DNA of 63,881 nt, counting the filler, from Lenisia limosa (taxonomy: Eukaryota > Protista > Breviatea), in NCBI GenBank assembly GCA_001655205.1. It is 12 parts of 12 records of this genome, joined end to end, with 100 filler letters (N's around TTAATTAATTAA, not from the genome) between each part and the next. Parts side by side here need not be neighbours in the genome. Positions count along the whole stretch, not along the records: positions 38,614 to 42,073 come from LPNZ01007742.1; positions 42,174 to 44,550 come from LPNZ01003943.1; positions 44,651 to 46,642 come from LPNZ01006022.1; positions 46,743 to 48,276 come from LPNZ01003122.1; positions 48,377 to 49,891 come from LPNZ01005391.1; positions 49,992 to 52,537 come from LPNZ01004183.1; 6 more parts are not named here. The stretch is one strand, 5' to 3'. This document shows positions 39,225-52,282 of this stretch, piece after piece. Below the pieces are notes generated by a model. It was not told the origin of the DNA and searched no databases. It saw only the letters and a program-made list of their open reading frames with translations. A program made the position numbers and the translations under genes. Each line of letters begins with the position of its first letter. The first letter of the stretch is position 1.

Positions 39225-40950
39225 AATTTGGTTGGTAGGCTCGTAACGTGAGCTGGAGCCCCGAGAAATATCTTGTAACTCGGCACCCTCCCCAGGACCG
39301 TCGTCAGCTCGGGTGCGCTGGGGGGGGGGGGTAAAATATAAGGAACAGAAAGGGGCCTAAATACGTTTTATCAATGATGGATTTTCACCAAATTGAGCCT
39401 AAACTGAATTGAGATGATGATATAAGGGTGTGGGGGGTTGGAAAATTTAGCTCATCTTTTTCTGCACATATTGTATTTTTTCTTTTCTTCAGTTAATTAA
39501 TACATTATAATTCTTATCCTAAAAAAATTATGTTTGAATTGATTTTTTGCGTATCGTATACTGTTATATATTATACATAATTTATAATTTCCTCGTCTTG
39601 CTACCAACAAAATTCAAAATCCCCATATCTGCATTATTCCCCCCTCTCGACACTCTGATATGAGTGTGTGGGGGGTTGGAAAATTTATGAAACAACAAAT
39701 TAACCCTGTTGGCTGATAAAACGAAGGAAATTTAGATGAATACTGGCATAAAGGTACTAATCACGAACAGAATAATCTATAACTCCAAACAAACAAACAA
39801 AAAAAAAATCGACAAAAATTGAAGGGAAAGGTTGAAAACTCCCAATTCTAACCCACCAGCTGCGGCGGGGTACCTAAGGGGACATTTAGGTCGGAAACAG
39901 CATGGACGGTGTGAAGCCTTGACAAGCCCTAAGAGTTAGTAATTATTCTGTGCTATCACCAGAGCGTCATTTCAGACGCTTATATTCCGAACAATAAATT
40001 AGTATCACAGAGTCTGAAAAACAACAGAGCTTCGTTCCAAAAAAGACCCAATCTTCGATAAATATCGATAAATCTTCGATAAATATTGATATTTCACATG
40101 TCTGTTGGAACCTAAAGTGAAAGAGGTTGAGAACTAGACTGCTGGGATGGGGGAAGTAGACAAAAATTACATGCGCTTTGCTACACCTCCTATGGAAAAG
40201 CCTCCAATTCTCACAAAGTTCTTCTTTTGGGGGGAGTTCTGATTTTTCAGGGGGCTTGGCTGGGAGGAGGAGTGGCGATGGATTTTCTGGCGGAGGGAGG
40301 GGGCAGGACTGAATCCCCTTCGGGAGTAAAAATGAAACACACAAAAAAACAAAACACCCTCACAGAAATTAACAATTTGAGAATCATACCAGGGTTAAAC
40401 ACAACAAAGCAAACCCCAGTCCAGCCACTTTTGACTTGCATTTCGGATAACAATATGAAAAATACACTGGGCTATTTTAGAGACGTTCCCATTGTAAGGC
40501 TGTGATATTATAGACGCTATGGAACCTATTCTGACCTCTTTGTAAAAATGATTAAAAAATGAGCAAGGGTACAACATCTCAGAAAAACGATAGATATTCG
40601 GACCACATCAAAACTCCTCTTTTAATAAAAGGAACGAGAAAACCTCAGAAAAACGATAGATATTCGGACAGCATCAAAACTCCCGGAAAGCATCACCAAT
40701 TTTTGAAACACAAACTCAAGCTATTAATACGCAACATCATAAGGAATTCACCTCGGTTCGAAAAAAGACTGATTTCTCCGTAAATCATCAAAAACTATGG
40801 ATATTTTACCGATCGCTTTCGAACCGAAGTGAAGCGCAAGGAGTGACAAAGACTCAGAAATACCTTGGGGAGTGATGGGATGGGGCGGGGGCAGAATGCG
40901 GAGTTTGTAGGCTGGGGTCTCTGAGGTCCTCAAGTGCGCCTGATACCTAC
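39225..40950 (-). CDS. Fragment of an unidentified Pro-rich spliced gene
   Basis: GC-rich AG/GT-bounded segments near 39225-39320, 39880-39930, 40190-40316 and 40865-40945. Confidence 0.35.
40740..40840. mobile_element. MITE family A copy (diverged); a further diverged copy at about 40030-40122
   Basis: TTCACCTCGGTTCGAAAAAAGAC...TTTCGAACCGAAGTGAAGC. Confidence 0.75.
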
Positions 40951-41750
40951 AGGATAAAAATATGTATGGTTGATGAATTCATTTTTACAGTCAGCCCTCA
41001 TAATGTTGATGTTTCTTTCAAGGGGGTATGTTTTACTTGTTCATTTAATCAAAGTTTAAGGGAATATGATTGATATTATGTTAGCCAGGCTCTGTGAGCG
41101 GAGTTGCAGTCAATGTTTTCGTTTTTCAGTTATTTGCAATCCATTTCATCATTCGAATTGGTCCAAAAGCCAGCCCCGAAGCCAGCCCCGATGAAACAAG
41201 TTTGTTGGCTGAAAGGGCAATTGATTGACACCTTTCATTCACGGTTATCTTTTGGTTTTACTTGGACTACATCGTGAAGGTACTGAAACGGCAAATCGCA
41301 CCTTCACATTGTTTCATTAAAATATTGGGGTTTTACATTTAGCACTGAACTAAAACCTCGAAAAACAAGGTTTTTATTTATTAATTATATTTTTTATTAT
41401 CTATTGATTATTTATGTTTCCTTACCTTTCCTCTGATAAGTTATAATCGACACTTCGTTATGCTTTACATGGGAAAAGAGAAGCTGGAAATCAATTCAGC
41501 AATTCAATAGAAATTATGAAATACAACAAGAGAAATCAAGGGAAAATGTAATGAAACAATTAAAAAAAGGCTAAAAAAATTCAACTTCTGAGGAGGGGAG
41601 GATTCTTTTTAGAATTGGAAAATGTCAACAATTCTCAAAACACATTCTAATAAATCTTTGCAATCCGTCACAATAATATTGGTCTCAAAGTGCCCATTTG
41701 GGCCATTATTCCCCAGTAAATTTTGCTGCCCACTCTGTATTATTCGTCAC

Positions 41751-41850
41751 TAGGACTTCACTTCGGTTCGAAAAAGAACACTAAAATATCGATAGTTATC
41801 TAGGATTTATCGAGAAATTCAGTCTTTTTCCGAACCGAAGTGAAGCCCTC
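41751..41850. mobile_element. MITE family A copy
   Basis: TAGGACTTCACTTCGGTTCGAAAAAG...TTCCGAACCGAAGTGAAGCCCT; no matching TSD. Confidence 0.85.
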
Positions 41851-42189
41851 AAAAAACCCTGTCACCTTCGGCGGTGGGGGGAGGCTTGTCTCGATTTTCT
41901 CTGTTAACGTATTTTCCTTCAGTCTACAAGCATTATTAAATTGAGCAAACATACAGTGACCGGGTTAAGTATTGACCGATTTGCTATGTGATTCCCCAAG
42001 GAAAATAGGTCAAACTTATCACGGCACTGTACACGGACCATGAATTCAGCAAATAAACAAGGATGGAAGATCTNNNNNNNNNNNNNNNNNNNNNNNNNNN
42101 NNNNNNNNNNNNNNNNNTTAATTAATTAANNNNNNNNNNNNNNNNNNNNNNNNNNNNNNNNNNNNNNNNNNNNACGGAAGAAACTAAAT

Positions 42190-44495
42190 ATCCCCTCAAA
42201 ATCCCCCGTTCGCACCATTGCCGAATCGAGGGGTCGGAGCGAAGTTGACAAGGGCCTTCGAGCGGAGGTTTGAGCCTATTGAACTGTCCAGGAATCTGAT
42301 AAGCTCGCCCATTGACTCGCCTATTTCGTCATGAAGATTCCACTCATCGTCAAATATGTAGTTTATCTTTCAACATTTCCACGGTGCTAATTACAGTTTA
42401 CTCAATTGGTTCATTAAGACTTGGCGGGTAATTTGTTTATTTGTTTCTCAATATTTTTAAGGTATATTATTTCTCTTGTTAAAAAAAATCTGGTGGTTAC
42501 TGTTCAACGGGATGCCCAAATAAGGTGCTAATAGCGTTCATGTAACTCCCCCCCCTCCCACCAATAGCGTTCATGTAAGGCGCCACTCCAATCGAAGACG
42601 TGTCATCCTGAAAGGTCAAACTCCCCAATATTTTTTTACAAAATAATAACTTTGCACGGCCCCCCATACAGTAACACAGAACTGCCGTACCCCCCACAAT
42701 CATAGATTTCTGCAGCATAAAAGAGGACTGGGAAGCTGACCACTCCGGCCCAAAGGCGGCGCCGTAGAGCGCATGGTGGCCTATGTAGGACTCAACCAGG
42801 CCCGGGGATGTCAGGTTGTTGCCTGCGGAGTGAAACGAAGGATATTTATGAAACAATAAAGCCCAGAATCACCATCATCAACATCATCGTCATCTTTTTC
42901 ATCAACAGCAACCACCAACATCATTAAACAACATCATCATCAACATCAATATCAACATCATCATCATCAACAACAACATCATCATCACCATCACCATTAT
43001 CATCATCTTCATCAGCATTATCATCATCATCAACACCATATTCATCATCATCACCAACAACATCATAATCAGCAGCAACATTATCATCAACATGACTGAC
43101 CATTAACTTGACGTGCAGCAGTAGCGGGAGCAGCAGAGGTGAATGCAGCTGAGCCTGCAGAACTCTAAAGAAGTGTTACTTCAATGAGTCATCAAATACC
43201 TCTCATATACCATCATAAAACATATATTTCACCATACCCCAAAAATAGGAACTGAACTGACATATATTCCGCCCACTCCCACTTAAACATTTACTTATGA
43301 TTGTAGCTATAGCTATATGGTTATATCTCAGAGAATAAGAATATAAATATACCATATTATATACCAGATAATACCCCCCCCCCCCNNNNNNNNNNNNNNN
43401 NNNNNNNNNNNNNNNNNNNNNNNNNNNNNNNNNNNNNNNNNNNTGAACTGCCCAGCCGCAGCCAAGACGTTTCCAATTGCGTCGCGTGCCTCCGCCTTCT
43501 TACGGCCGGTTGGGTTGTACCTGGAGTATTATTGGTATATATAACTACTGTAACTCTCTGCACTGCCTCTTAATCTTACCCTCCCTCTAAACATCCCCTT
43601 AAAATGACCCAAATACGCCTCACCCCCCAACTAGGGCTTCACTTCGGTTTGAAAAAGACCGGTAAAAAATCGATAGTTTTCGAGGATTAATCGTGAAATT
43701 CAGTCTTTTTTCGAACCGAAGTGAAGTCCTAGTCCCAACAAAAGGGATGCTCGTATAACGCATTACAGGCATCTCAGATCCCGAATTAAAATGACAAAAT
43801 ACGCCCTTCTGACAAACGCCAGCAATCCCCTGTCTTTCCTAATAGGCCCAAGTACCCTCCCCTACGGCAAGGTGGCAAAAGGCGCGGTATGTGAGGGGTT
43901 CCGTGTATGCCCGGGAGTGTAGCTGAAGAGTGAAAAGACGCGAATACGAAACAAAATGGGGAGGGAGTAAAAATGGAAAGTAATAAAACAAAAAACAAAA
44001 TATCAACTGGGTTGAGGAAAAGGAAACACATATTTACTTTTTTACCACCTTCATTCCTCTGCAATTTCAATTCCTCACCTATCCCGCTGTATTTGAGGAA
44101 CGTGCGGGGGCGACATGGGTGGTGCTGTATACACCGTAGAACCTAGAAGGTAAAATGCACCGTTCACTATATTTGCAGTTAAAATTCTACTGCATTAAGC
44201 TCTAATATGGCAAGAAGAAAGGATGACGACACCCCTCCCCCGCGCACATATATATAGCAATGATAAATTAAAAATAAGATAGTATCTGGCCGAAGCCCTC
44301 CACACCATCACGCTTATAAACAACTGAATTTCTTGATAAACCATCAACGGAATTTCTCGATAATCATCAATATATACATATTGTATATGAACTAATTCCA
44401 CGGAGCCCCCCTCGCCCCTCACCAAGCAGTTTGGGGAAGGGAGGGCGAGTGGCTGCTGACTCCAGTCGGTCGGATATTCTGATGAATGCTGCCAA
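42190..44495 (-). CDS. Fragment of an unidentified multi-exon gene
   Basis: Exons RLRLGLAAFIRISDRLESAATRPPFPKLL, YNPTGRKKAEARDAIGNVLAAAGQF, GNNLTSPGLVESYIGHHALYGAAFGPEWS, DEWNLHDEIGESMGELIRFLDSSIGSNLRSKALVNFAPTLDSAM. Confidence 0.45.
42870..43095. repeat. Degenerate (CAT/CAA)n trinucleotide microsatellite
   Basis: About 225 bp of CATCATCAACATCAT, intronic to the minus-strand gene. Confidence 0.9.
43632..43731. mobile_element. MITE family A copy (near full consensus)
   Basis: TAGGGCTTCACTTCGGTTTGAAAAAGAC...GTCTTTTTTCGAACCGAAGTGAAGTCCTA; flanks CCCCCAAC/GTCCCAAC (6/8). Confidence 0.9.
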
Positions 44496-44744
44496 ACCCA
44501 GGCGAAGGCGACTAGAGGGGGTAAAACGAAAGAAACTTCGATGAAGAATANNNNNNNNNNNNNNNNNNNNNNNNNNNNNNNNNNNNNNNNNNNNTTAATT
44601 AATTAANNNNNNNNNNNNNNNNNNNNNNNNNNNNNNNNNNNNNNNNNNNNCGAGGGTTGATAACAACAAAACGAACAAAGCCCAGGCCAGTCGCTTCTGG
44701 TGGGGGTTAAGCAGAAGAAATACGCCCCCTTGTTTGTTTGCTGA

Positions 44745-46170
44745 CCATCGCCCTTGGCACTCAGGTTCTTCCGAGCCGCGAGTCCAAAAGCGAGTCGTCG
44801 GTAGTCCTTGTGGTAGGCTGGAAGTGCCACGTCAGTGGGCTGGATGGATAAGAAGACAATGTCTGTTTATAAAGACAAGAAAATATCTCTATGGTATAAT
44901 CGATTTGTGATAAGATTGATAAATGTTTATAATGGAGGAGAGGAAGAAGATGACACAAAAAATATCAGTTGGAGAGGAACATATCAATTTATCATGGACC
45001 GGTNNNNNNNNNNNNNNNNNNNNNNNNNNNNNNNNNNNNNNNNNNNNNNNNNNNNNNNNNNNNNNNNNNNNNNNNNNNNNNNNNNNNNNNNNNNNNNNNN
45101 NNNNNNNNNNNNNNNNNNNNNNNNNAGTCGGATCTGTCCGGAGATATGAGACCGTTCACTTCTTTTCTCAAGGTCGTACCATCTCTACAAACGGTAAATT
45201 CATGGCTCTGATAAATCACCAGAATATGACCCGAATAAATGACCTGAAACTATCAGTACAATCCCACACCCTCTGACAGTGGAGATATGTATGATAATAT
45301 GGTATACTCTGCCTTCAGTGAATACTCGCACCCCTCAACCTCTGATTCGACATTAGTGGGAATGTCGCCGCATCGGAACTCCTTTCGGCCCAGGAAGTCA
45401 TCTCGACCCTTGCCCTTGAACATCTGGGGAGGGGGGGTGACAATTAGAAAATTTATGAAACAAAAAAAGGCCAGCTATAGCCAATATTATAAGATACAAG
45501 GTATGTATATTATTTGATTGGTCATCGTCTTCTTCATCATAATTATCATCATCTATTATTACCATGATCACTCCCGCCCAAACGCACCTTGCCTAATCTG
45601 GATGACTCAGGGTCCTTATCCCATAAGTTGATTTTGAGGACGTCGTTAGGAGAGGTCACCTCAAAACTCATTTCTTCCTGGGGGAGAAGGGTTAAACATT
45701 GAATATTTTGGGGGTACATTGTGAGAGGAGAGGTAACAATTGGCAGCATTGGGAGGGGACACAAACTCATTATGGAACAAGACGGTACCATATACTATCA
45801 TATGTACATTACCCCCCCAACATCCCAAATGGGGTTCAGATCTTGGTCCACGATTTGGGTCATGAAGGACTGGTTGTCTGCAAAGTCAACATCAGGAAGT
45901 TTATCATCAAAATATATAATCATCAACGGTTTGAAAAGTAAACAACCGATTTTCCTTATGAAATCATATTATAGCAAATCGGCCAAGACTTATCCCAATC
46001 ACTGCACAACAGGATATGGCCGTAATTATCAACTGAGAGAAAACATGACAGAACCATGAAAAACAGGTTATCTAAAAGGACCCTCGGTATACTGAGATCG
46101 ACAATGGCGTAGGGGTCGCTGAGACCGCTCTTGTCTTTTCCTGTTAAATCCCTAGCGCGGAGAAGTCTTG
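44745..46170 (-). CDS. C2-domain protein, Munc13/BAIAP3-type C2 (fragment)
   Basis: LLRARDLTGKDKSGLSDPYAIVDL|..FMTQIVDQDLNPIWD|EEMSFEVTSPNDVLKINLWDKDPES..|FKGKGRDDFLGRKEF..|RWYDLEKRSERSHISGQIRL; the last motif resembles Munc13 WYNLDKRTDKSAVSGAIRL. Confidence 0.8.
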
Positions 46171-46744
46171 AGTGTAAGTTAACGTAAAAAAAGAGGGAAA
46201 CAGGGGAAGAGTAGAGTCTTACTGTACCTCCTATCCAAAAATCATGAAAGGCCCGTAACCCCCCCATATCATAGCAACTTTATGTGATGTCAAACAAAAC
46301 TATCACAAGTGAAGTGGGTTTTAACAGTAATTCAGGCATCCTGGATAAGAACGCCACTATTGGCTGAGGATTAAGATGAGTGAATCAAGATTAGCAGATA
46401 TTATGATAAGTAAAGCAATACTATAATAAGCTGACTGTTGTTTATTTATTGATTTTAGAATATAACAAGAGCAAAATGAGAATGCATGAATTCAAGAATT
46501 TGGATAAAATAATACAACCAACATTACAATGTAAAATTAAATCTCTGATCTGTGCAATAGTGGTGTTGGTATCATAAATAAGCAAACACCAGGATCGAAA
46601 TAATACTTCTGTTTTAAATCTTATTAACATAATCACCGCCCCNNNNNNNNNNNNNNNNNNNNNNNNNNNNNNNNNNNNNNNNNNNNTTAATTAATTAANN
46701 NNNNNNNNNNNNNNNNNNNNNNNNNNNNNNNNNNNNNNNNNNTT

Positions 46745-47970
46745 ATCTCAATTTCCCTTGTTTCACCCTTCAGTCGCGTGTAGACGAGGTCAAACCTGCC
46801 GATGTTGTTGTAAATGTGGACTAAATGGATCTGTTTCAAAATCACTATGGCCCATGAAGATGTAAAGATCGGGTTAGCTTGAGGTTGTTGAATGAATGTT
46901 GACCACTGGAGCTGAGCAGCCAAAGTCCAGAGGACTGATTTCTTCTGATACAAATAGAAGTGAGGTCTCACAAAATGCAGAAATAAGGACGTAATAAACA
47001 AACCAGATATAAAGAGGACATTATGTCAGAAATAATAATAAACATCGCAAGAATAAAACACAGATTTATCAAAGATGAACATACCCCATCCCCTCCACAT
47101 ACTAGCTAGTACGTTTATCAAAATAGACATAGAAACAGAAAACCCTAGACCCAATCATGCGGGGGTTGGCGGCCAATTAATTGCAGACATGATGCTTTGA
47201 GAAGCCCCATAGGCCCCGCCTTTGTAATACTACCTTCCCACCAGTCACTCCCATCTGAAGCGTGAAAAATGGTTGATTACTTCTATTGCTTCCGCTGAAT
47301 TCCTGTGGTGTATATACAGTGACCAGGATAGTGTTGACATATTTTCCTTGGGAAATCACATGGCAAATCGGCCGACTTATTCAATCACTGTACATGAAAA
47401 TAGCACAATGTACATGTATAATTACTTGTATTATATCATCACAGCATGACTTTATAATATGTGCCTAGTTCAATACATGAACTATGCATGTGCCTCTCAC
47501 TATAAGAAACCCTACCTATTCGAACAGTCACCATAACATGCTCTCCGGTTGTTAAGCTGTGCTCTTCATTATCTCGTGCTGGAAAACAATTAGATACTGT
47601 TCAAACGCTGATAATAGGTTGAACTTTCACAAAACAAATAATCTAAAACCTAAAAACAAATAAAAATGAAACCCAGGCCCACCTCATAATATAGTAACAT
47701 ATTCTGAGATGATTTTAGCCCACATACCGACATAATCCGAGACAATTTTAGCAAATTCCGGTGGCAGCACCTTGATGGCAGGTTGGTGGCGCGAGAGCGG
47801 ATCTGTGGTAGTGGAGGGGGATGTGGGTGAGAGGGGAGGTTTTGAGGACTCAGAGGGTTGCTTCGAGGGTTCAGAGGGATGGTTTGTCTTCGGCTCTGGA
47901 ATGTGGCATTTCGTGTCTACCAGCTGGACTGGGGAAGGCGAAATGAACTTTCCGCTCAACGCCGCTGCCG
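46745..47970 (-). CDS. Fragment of an unidentified spliced gene
   Basis: S/P-rich exon 47690-47975 (…PSEPSKQPSESSKPPLSPTSPS…VLPPEFAKIVSDYVGMWAKIISEY) and further candidate exons. Confidence 0.4.
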
Positions 47971-48393
47971 CAACCTGCAATCGTCAAAATGGACACAGAT
48001 TTAACGTGACAGTTTTATGCAATATCAGCACAGGAGACTATGTAATCGACAAATTCTACCTGAATACTGACGGACAAAGTTAAAACGAGACCAGAGAAAG
48101 TGAAAATAGGAATGAATATGGATACAGATTCACCATTAGTATTGACAGAGTTTCAAAGCTGACACATGATCCTCTCTACCCTAGTACGCTTCGAGCTGTA
48201 AATCTTAAGTTATTACCATCATTAAGGCTTCCCTACCCCTATTAAAAGACTGAGAGCCCCCCTCCTCTACCCACAANNNNNNNNNNNNNNNNNNNNNNNN
48301 NNNNNNNNNNNNNNNNNNNNTTAATTAATTAANNNNNNNNNNNNNNNNNNNNNNNNNNNNNNNNNNNNNNNNNNNNCCTCCCCCCCCCCCCAG

Positions 48394-49816
48394 GCCAGAT
48401 CCGTGGTGGAGGAAGCTGGCGGCAAAATGGTGACGTCATGCACCTCTCTTCTGGGCATGATCCGGTTCACTGCGGGATGGTACCTCATCATTGGCGTTGA
48501 GCGCGAGAAAGTGGCGCAAATCGGCCCTCATGAGTGGGAGGGGGTAAGAAGGTAGAATCCTTTCCTTGCGGAAATAGTGCTGAATGAGTGGCACCCCCCA
48601 ATTTTTTTCCATTTTTACGTTCGCTGGAGGGGGGATAAAGAAGGGAGGTACATTTTCTCTACATAAGTTTTTTATTGCTTGTTTCTTTAATTGCTTTTTT
48701 TTATTATTTTTTTTGGTTCATTGCTTCTTTTTTTCTGTTTTGTTTGGAGTTTCAGATTATTCGGTTCGTGATCACTGCCTTTAGGCCAATATTTCGTCAT
48801 GTCATCGACAATTTTGTCGTTTTACTCCACCAGGATATACACGCTGTCTGCTACTTTACGCCTGCCTCTTATATACTCAACCAAAAAGGTTCGAAGGGGG
48901 AATATGGGGAGTTTTTCTTTCGGTGAACAGGGGTTCTCTGGGTGGGTGCAGTGCTGCAGAAATGTCTGGCTTGGGCTTTGTTTTGTTCTTAACCCTCATG
49001 AACAGAGTTGAATTTGGGCTTTTTTCATAAATTGTCCAATTTTACCCTCCAAATCCCCCACCTAGGGCTTCACTTCGTTTCGAAAAAAGACTGAATTTAA
49101 AGCCCGATCACTTTATACCCCTGCTCCCCACTATTTGATAAATGTTCTAATTGTACCCCCGCAGCTGAAGCACACCTCGGAAGAAACCAAGTACTTTTCT
49201 GTCTTTGACGACGTGGATATCAGCCGCGAGTTTTACTACTCGTTTGGGGGAGGGTGTTATTCTTGGTTTTGAAAAGACAAAAAGAAATGGATCAAAGAAA
49301 ACCTAACGTTTGGTGTGTTTTTGAGTGGTGAATATGTGGTAAATGTGTGGTATTCTGGATATGATATGATATGATATGGTACTAACACACTTATTTATTA
49401 GTATATACATGTAGTATTATGGATATTTCTGGTATGAGTCTGTATTATTATCGGAATATTTGGGAAGGAGATTATTTTGTGTTCCTGTTTCATCAGTTTT
49501 CCAATTTCTAATTTCTAATTTTACCTCCCAGACCCACATATGACCTGACGCACTCGGCACAAACGCTGCTGTCGTCCCCCACTTCGCCACCCTGCTCCGA
49601 CTCCTTCTTCTACAATGCTCATTTGTTATCTCCGTTTATTGAGGTTTGGTTATTGTAATTAAGTCTTCACTTCGGCTCGAAGTAAGACTGAATTTCTCGA
49701 TAAATCCTCGAAAACTATCGATAAGTCTTTTATGAAATTGGTTCAATTTTTACTCCGGTCAGAGCCATGTTCCGAGCTACTGGCTCCAGCCCATGATACA
49801 CGGCTTTGTTAGCCAG
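48394..49816 (+). CDS. FIG4: SAC-domain phosphoinositide phosphatase, FIG4-like (internal fragment)
   Basis: SLLGMIRFTAGWYLIIGVEREKVAQIGPH|EIYTL...|EETKYFSVFDDVDISREFYYS|..TYDLTHSAQ..|YWLQPMIHGFVSQ. Confidence 0.8.
49062..49100. mobile_element. MITE family A half-copy; other partial or diverged copies at about 88-158, 5850-5943, 19020-19098, 33390-33450, 33575-33612, 49665-49725 and 63525-63570
   Basis: Share AAAAAAGACTGAATTTCTCGATAAATCCTCGA(T/A)AAATATCGAT and/or the TAGGGCTTCACTTCG arm. Confidence 0.75.
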
Positions 49817-49997
49817 GTAGGATGGGCTTTGTTAGCCAGGTAGGATGGGGGATTAGTATGTGTGTTTGCATGATTGTTTATTTGTGTGTGTNNNNNNNNN
49901 NNNNNNNNNNNNNNNNNNNNNNNNNNNNNNNNNNNTTAATTAATTAANNNNNNNNNNNNNNNNNNNNNNNNNNNNNNNNNNNNNNNNNNNNACTAAC

Positions 49998-50095
49998 CTA
50001 TAACTGCTTCCGTTTACAAACTTGGTGTCCACTAACGGTTTACAGTCATAAAACCAATCAGAAACTGCCTTATCTTCAATATCATCCATTTGCAT
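49998..50095 (-). CDS. PRP8: Single exon of pre-mRNA splicing factor PRP8
   Basis: ttttcag|[33 protein letters not shown]|gttagt matches the PRP8 DWFYDH.PL...VNG.TY motif. Confidence 0.85.
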
Positions 50096-51489
50096 CTGAA
50101 AAAATAAAACGGTACACATTTGAAAAATAAAGTGATATGAACTAGACATAAAGTTCATTGTTCCAATTCTTAAAAAATTGGAGAAGGACAAACAACTAAT
50201 GAGTCCAACTAATGGGTATATACTGGGTATATACTTGCCTCCCGGGTCAGCTCCAAAGCGACTGAAATCCAGCCAAAACCAAAAAGGTCTACACAAGTTC
50301 CTCACGATGGGCAATCGTGTCCTTCGGGAATTTACTGTCTAATGGACTGAACTCTAGAAAACGAATTCATGATAAAGCTATTTAAAAAAAATAAGTGGCA
50401 ATTCATGCATTATTTACCATTGAAACGACTAGTCTGTCGATTTCTGGGAATGAAAAGCGTATATATAATGAGATACCCAACATGGAACCACCACCTTTAA
50501 TAAAAAACACTTAGTGATAAAATCTTTTTCTCAAGAAGAGTGCAATCCAATTAACAAAAAGACCGGATCGGACCGGACCGCTCGAAATGTTGAACGGTCC
50601 AGACTGGTCCGGACCGAACTGGACCGTTAAAAACAAAAAAGTTTTAAATAGTTGTAGTGTATCAAGTATTTTTACACTCTTTCGTTTTGTAATATTTGAG
50701 TTGGTCCTGAGAAACATTTTGGAAGAGTTTACCAAAATATTCTTCTCATCCATCCAAAACTAAACAAAAAAAACACTCCCCTCTCACACCATAGGCCAGT
50801 AAATGCAGACCTTCATTTTTCCTTTTCCTCCTTGAGCATTTTCAAGGTGACTGAAAAGTTTTTAGAGAGGACAAAATTATTTTCTTCCATTATTTTTTTA
50901 CATGTATATCTTCATTTTTAATTGGAAAACCAGGCCTGGGAATCTAAAAATACAGTGTCTGGGGGTTAATTGTGTTCAATTATATATTTCATTTGGCTGA
51001 ATGGGATAAACAACAGTTAAACTATATTGTTAACTCTTGGTACTCTTTTTTTCTTGATTTTTTTCTTTTTTCTTTATCCGCTTTTATTTTTTGAGCGGTC
51101 CGGACTCATTTAAATATCTCAAAAAGACCGGACCAGACCAGACCGTAGGGAACCACAAGGCACCCTTTTTAAAGATCTGTAAAATATGAGTAAAAATCTC
51201 TCTAGAATATGNNNNNNNNNNNNNNNNNNNNNNNNNNNNNNNNNNNNNNNNNNNNNNNNNNNNNNNNNNNNNNNNNNNNNNNNNCGAAACCTAAACCCCA
51301 TATTGAAGTTTTGTATATGGCGATTTTTGGCCATTTCCCTTAAAATATGACATTTCCCATTTTCTGTCGGGTATATGACTGCTGATATTCCCTCGGCCAG
51401 GTTACTCGGGAATATGGCATAACATATTTCGATATACGTAGTATGTATATGCTCGCGGTCCTAAATTAGTCATTAATGGATTAATTAGT

Positions 51490-52229
51490 ATTTTGAGTTT
51501 GAATGACCGCTGTAAGAGCAAGACGGGCAAAGGAAAACACCACAACCCTCACAGAACAGATTGGTGCGGATTTTCTTGGTGGCCAACTTTCCGGAACTGC
51601 AGTGGCCACAGCGGTGACGGACGTTTCCGGTGAGGAGAGGCTTGAGAAAGTGCTTAGCGACATCACCAGCAAGAGCACGAATTGAAGGGGGTTTGGAGCT
51701 GATGGTTGGATGGTGGGCCCGCAACAATGATGACCACCTTTGGTGATGACATCCGCCCCACATCTGTCAAGCGTCGCGAGCCAGGCTGCCATGACCGAGT
51801 TGTATGAGGGATGTAATTGAACATTTCTATGATTATGGCTTGGTTCATATTTCATTGTTTTAGACAGTTTCCTGTCCCGCTGTTGTGCATTGGTACAACC
51901 TCATCATGGTGTACGTTGATCTCACCGATGCTCTCCGCTCTTTGTAAGGGGGGTTGTGTGTTTAAATACAAATGAAAATTTTACTTTTTACTCTTTAATC
52001 GGCAATAATGACTATCTAGCACCACCTCACACCGCCAAACACGGTCTGGCAGATGTGCATTGTGCACTATCTAATTGACCAGTCCATGATCAATGCTCAC
52101 TCTGACTTTCTCTCCTCCGCCGGACGCCCATCTATTGACCGCAAGAGCTTCTACATGCGCGTTACCGAGGCCCTTGTCGACATGTCCCCCTTCTCAACCA
52201 CCAACAGCCGTATCCCCTCACCCATGAAG
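51490..52229 (+). mobile_element. Degenerate piggyBac-like transposase, C-terminal half, with two GT-AG introns
   Basis: WLDGGPATMMTTF (W.D...V..LST), SVKRREPGCHDRV|TVSCPAVVHWYNLIMVYVDLTD (P..YN..MGGVD..D), NTVWQMCIVHYLIDQSMINA...RKSFYMRVTEAL; introns 51802-51863 and 51944-52019; two apparent frameshifts. Confidence 0.75.
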
Positions 52230-52282
52230 GTAAGAATTGGTTCTTGATGCTAAAATTGTGTGATTAACTTCACATCATTTTG

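Noticed and set aside
42902-43093. Met/Ile/Leu-rich ORF
   Set aside because: Translation of the (CAT)n microsatellite
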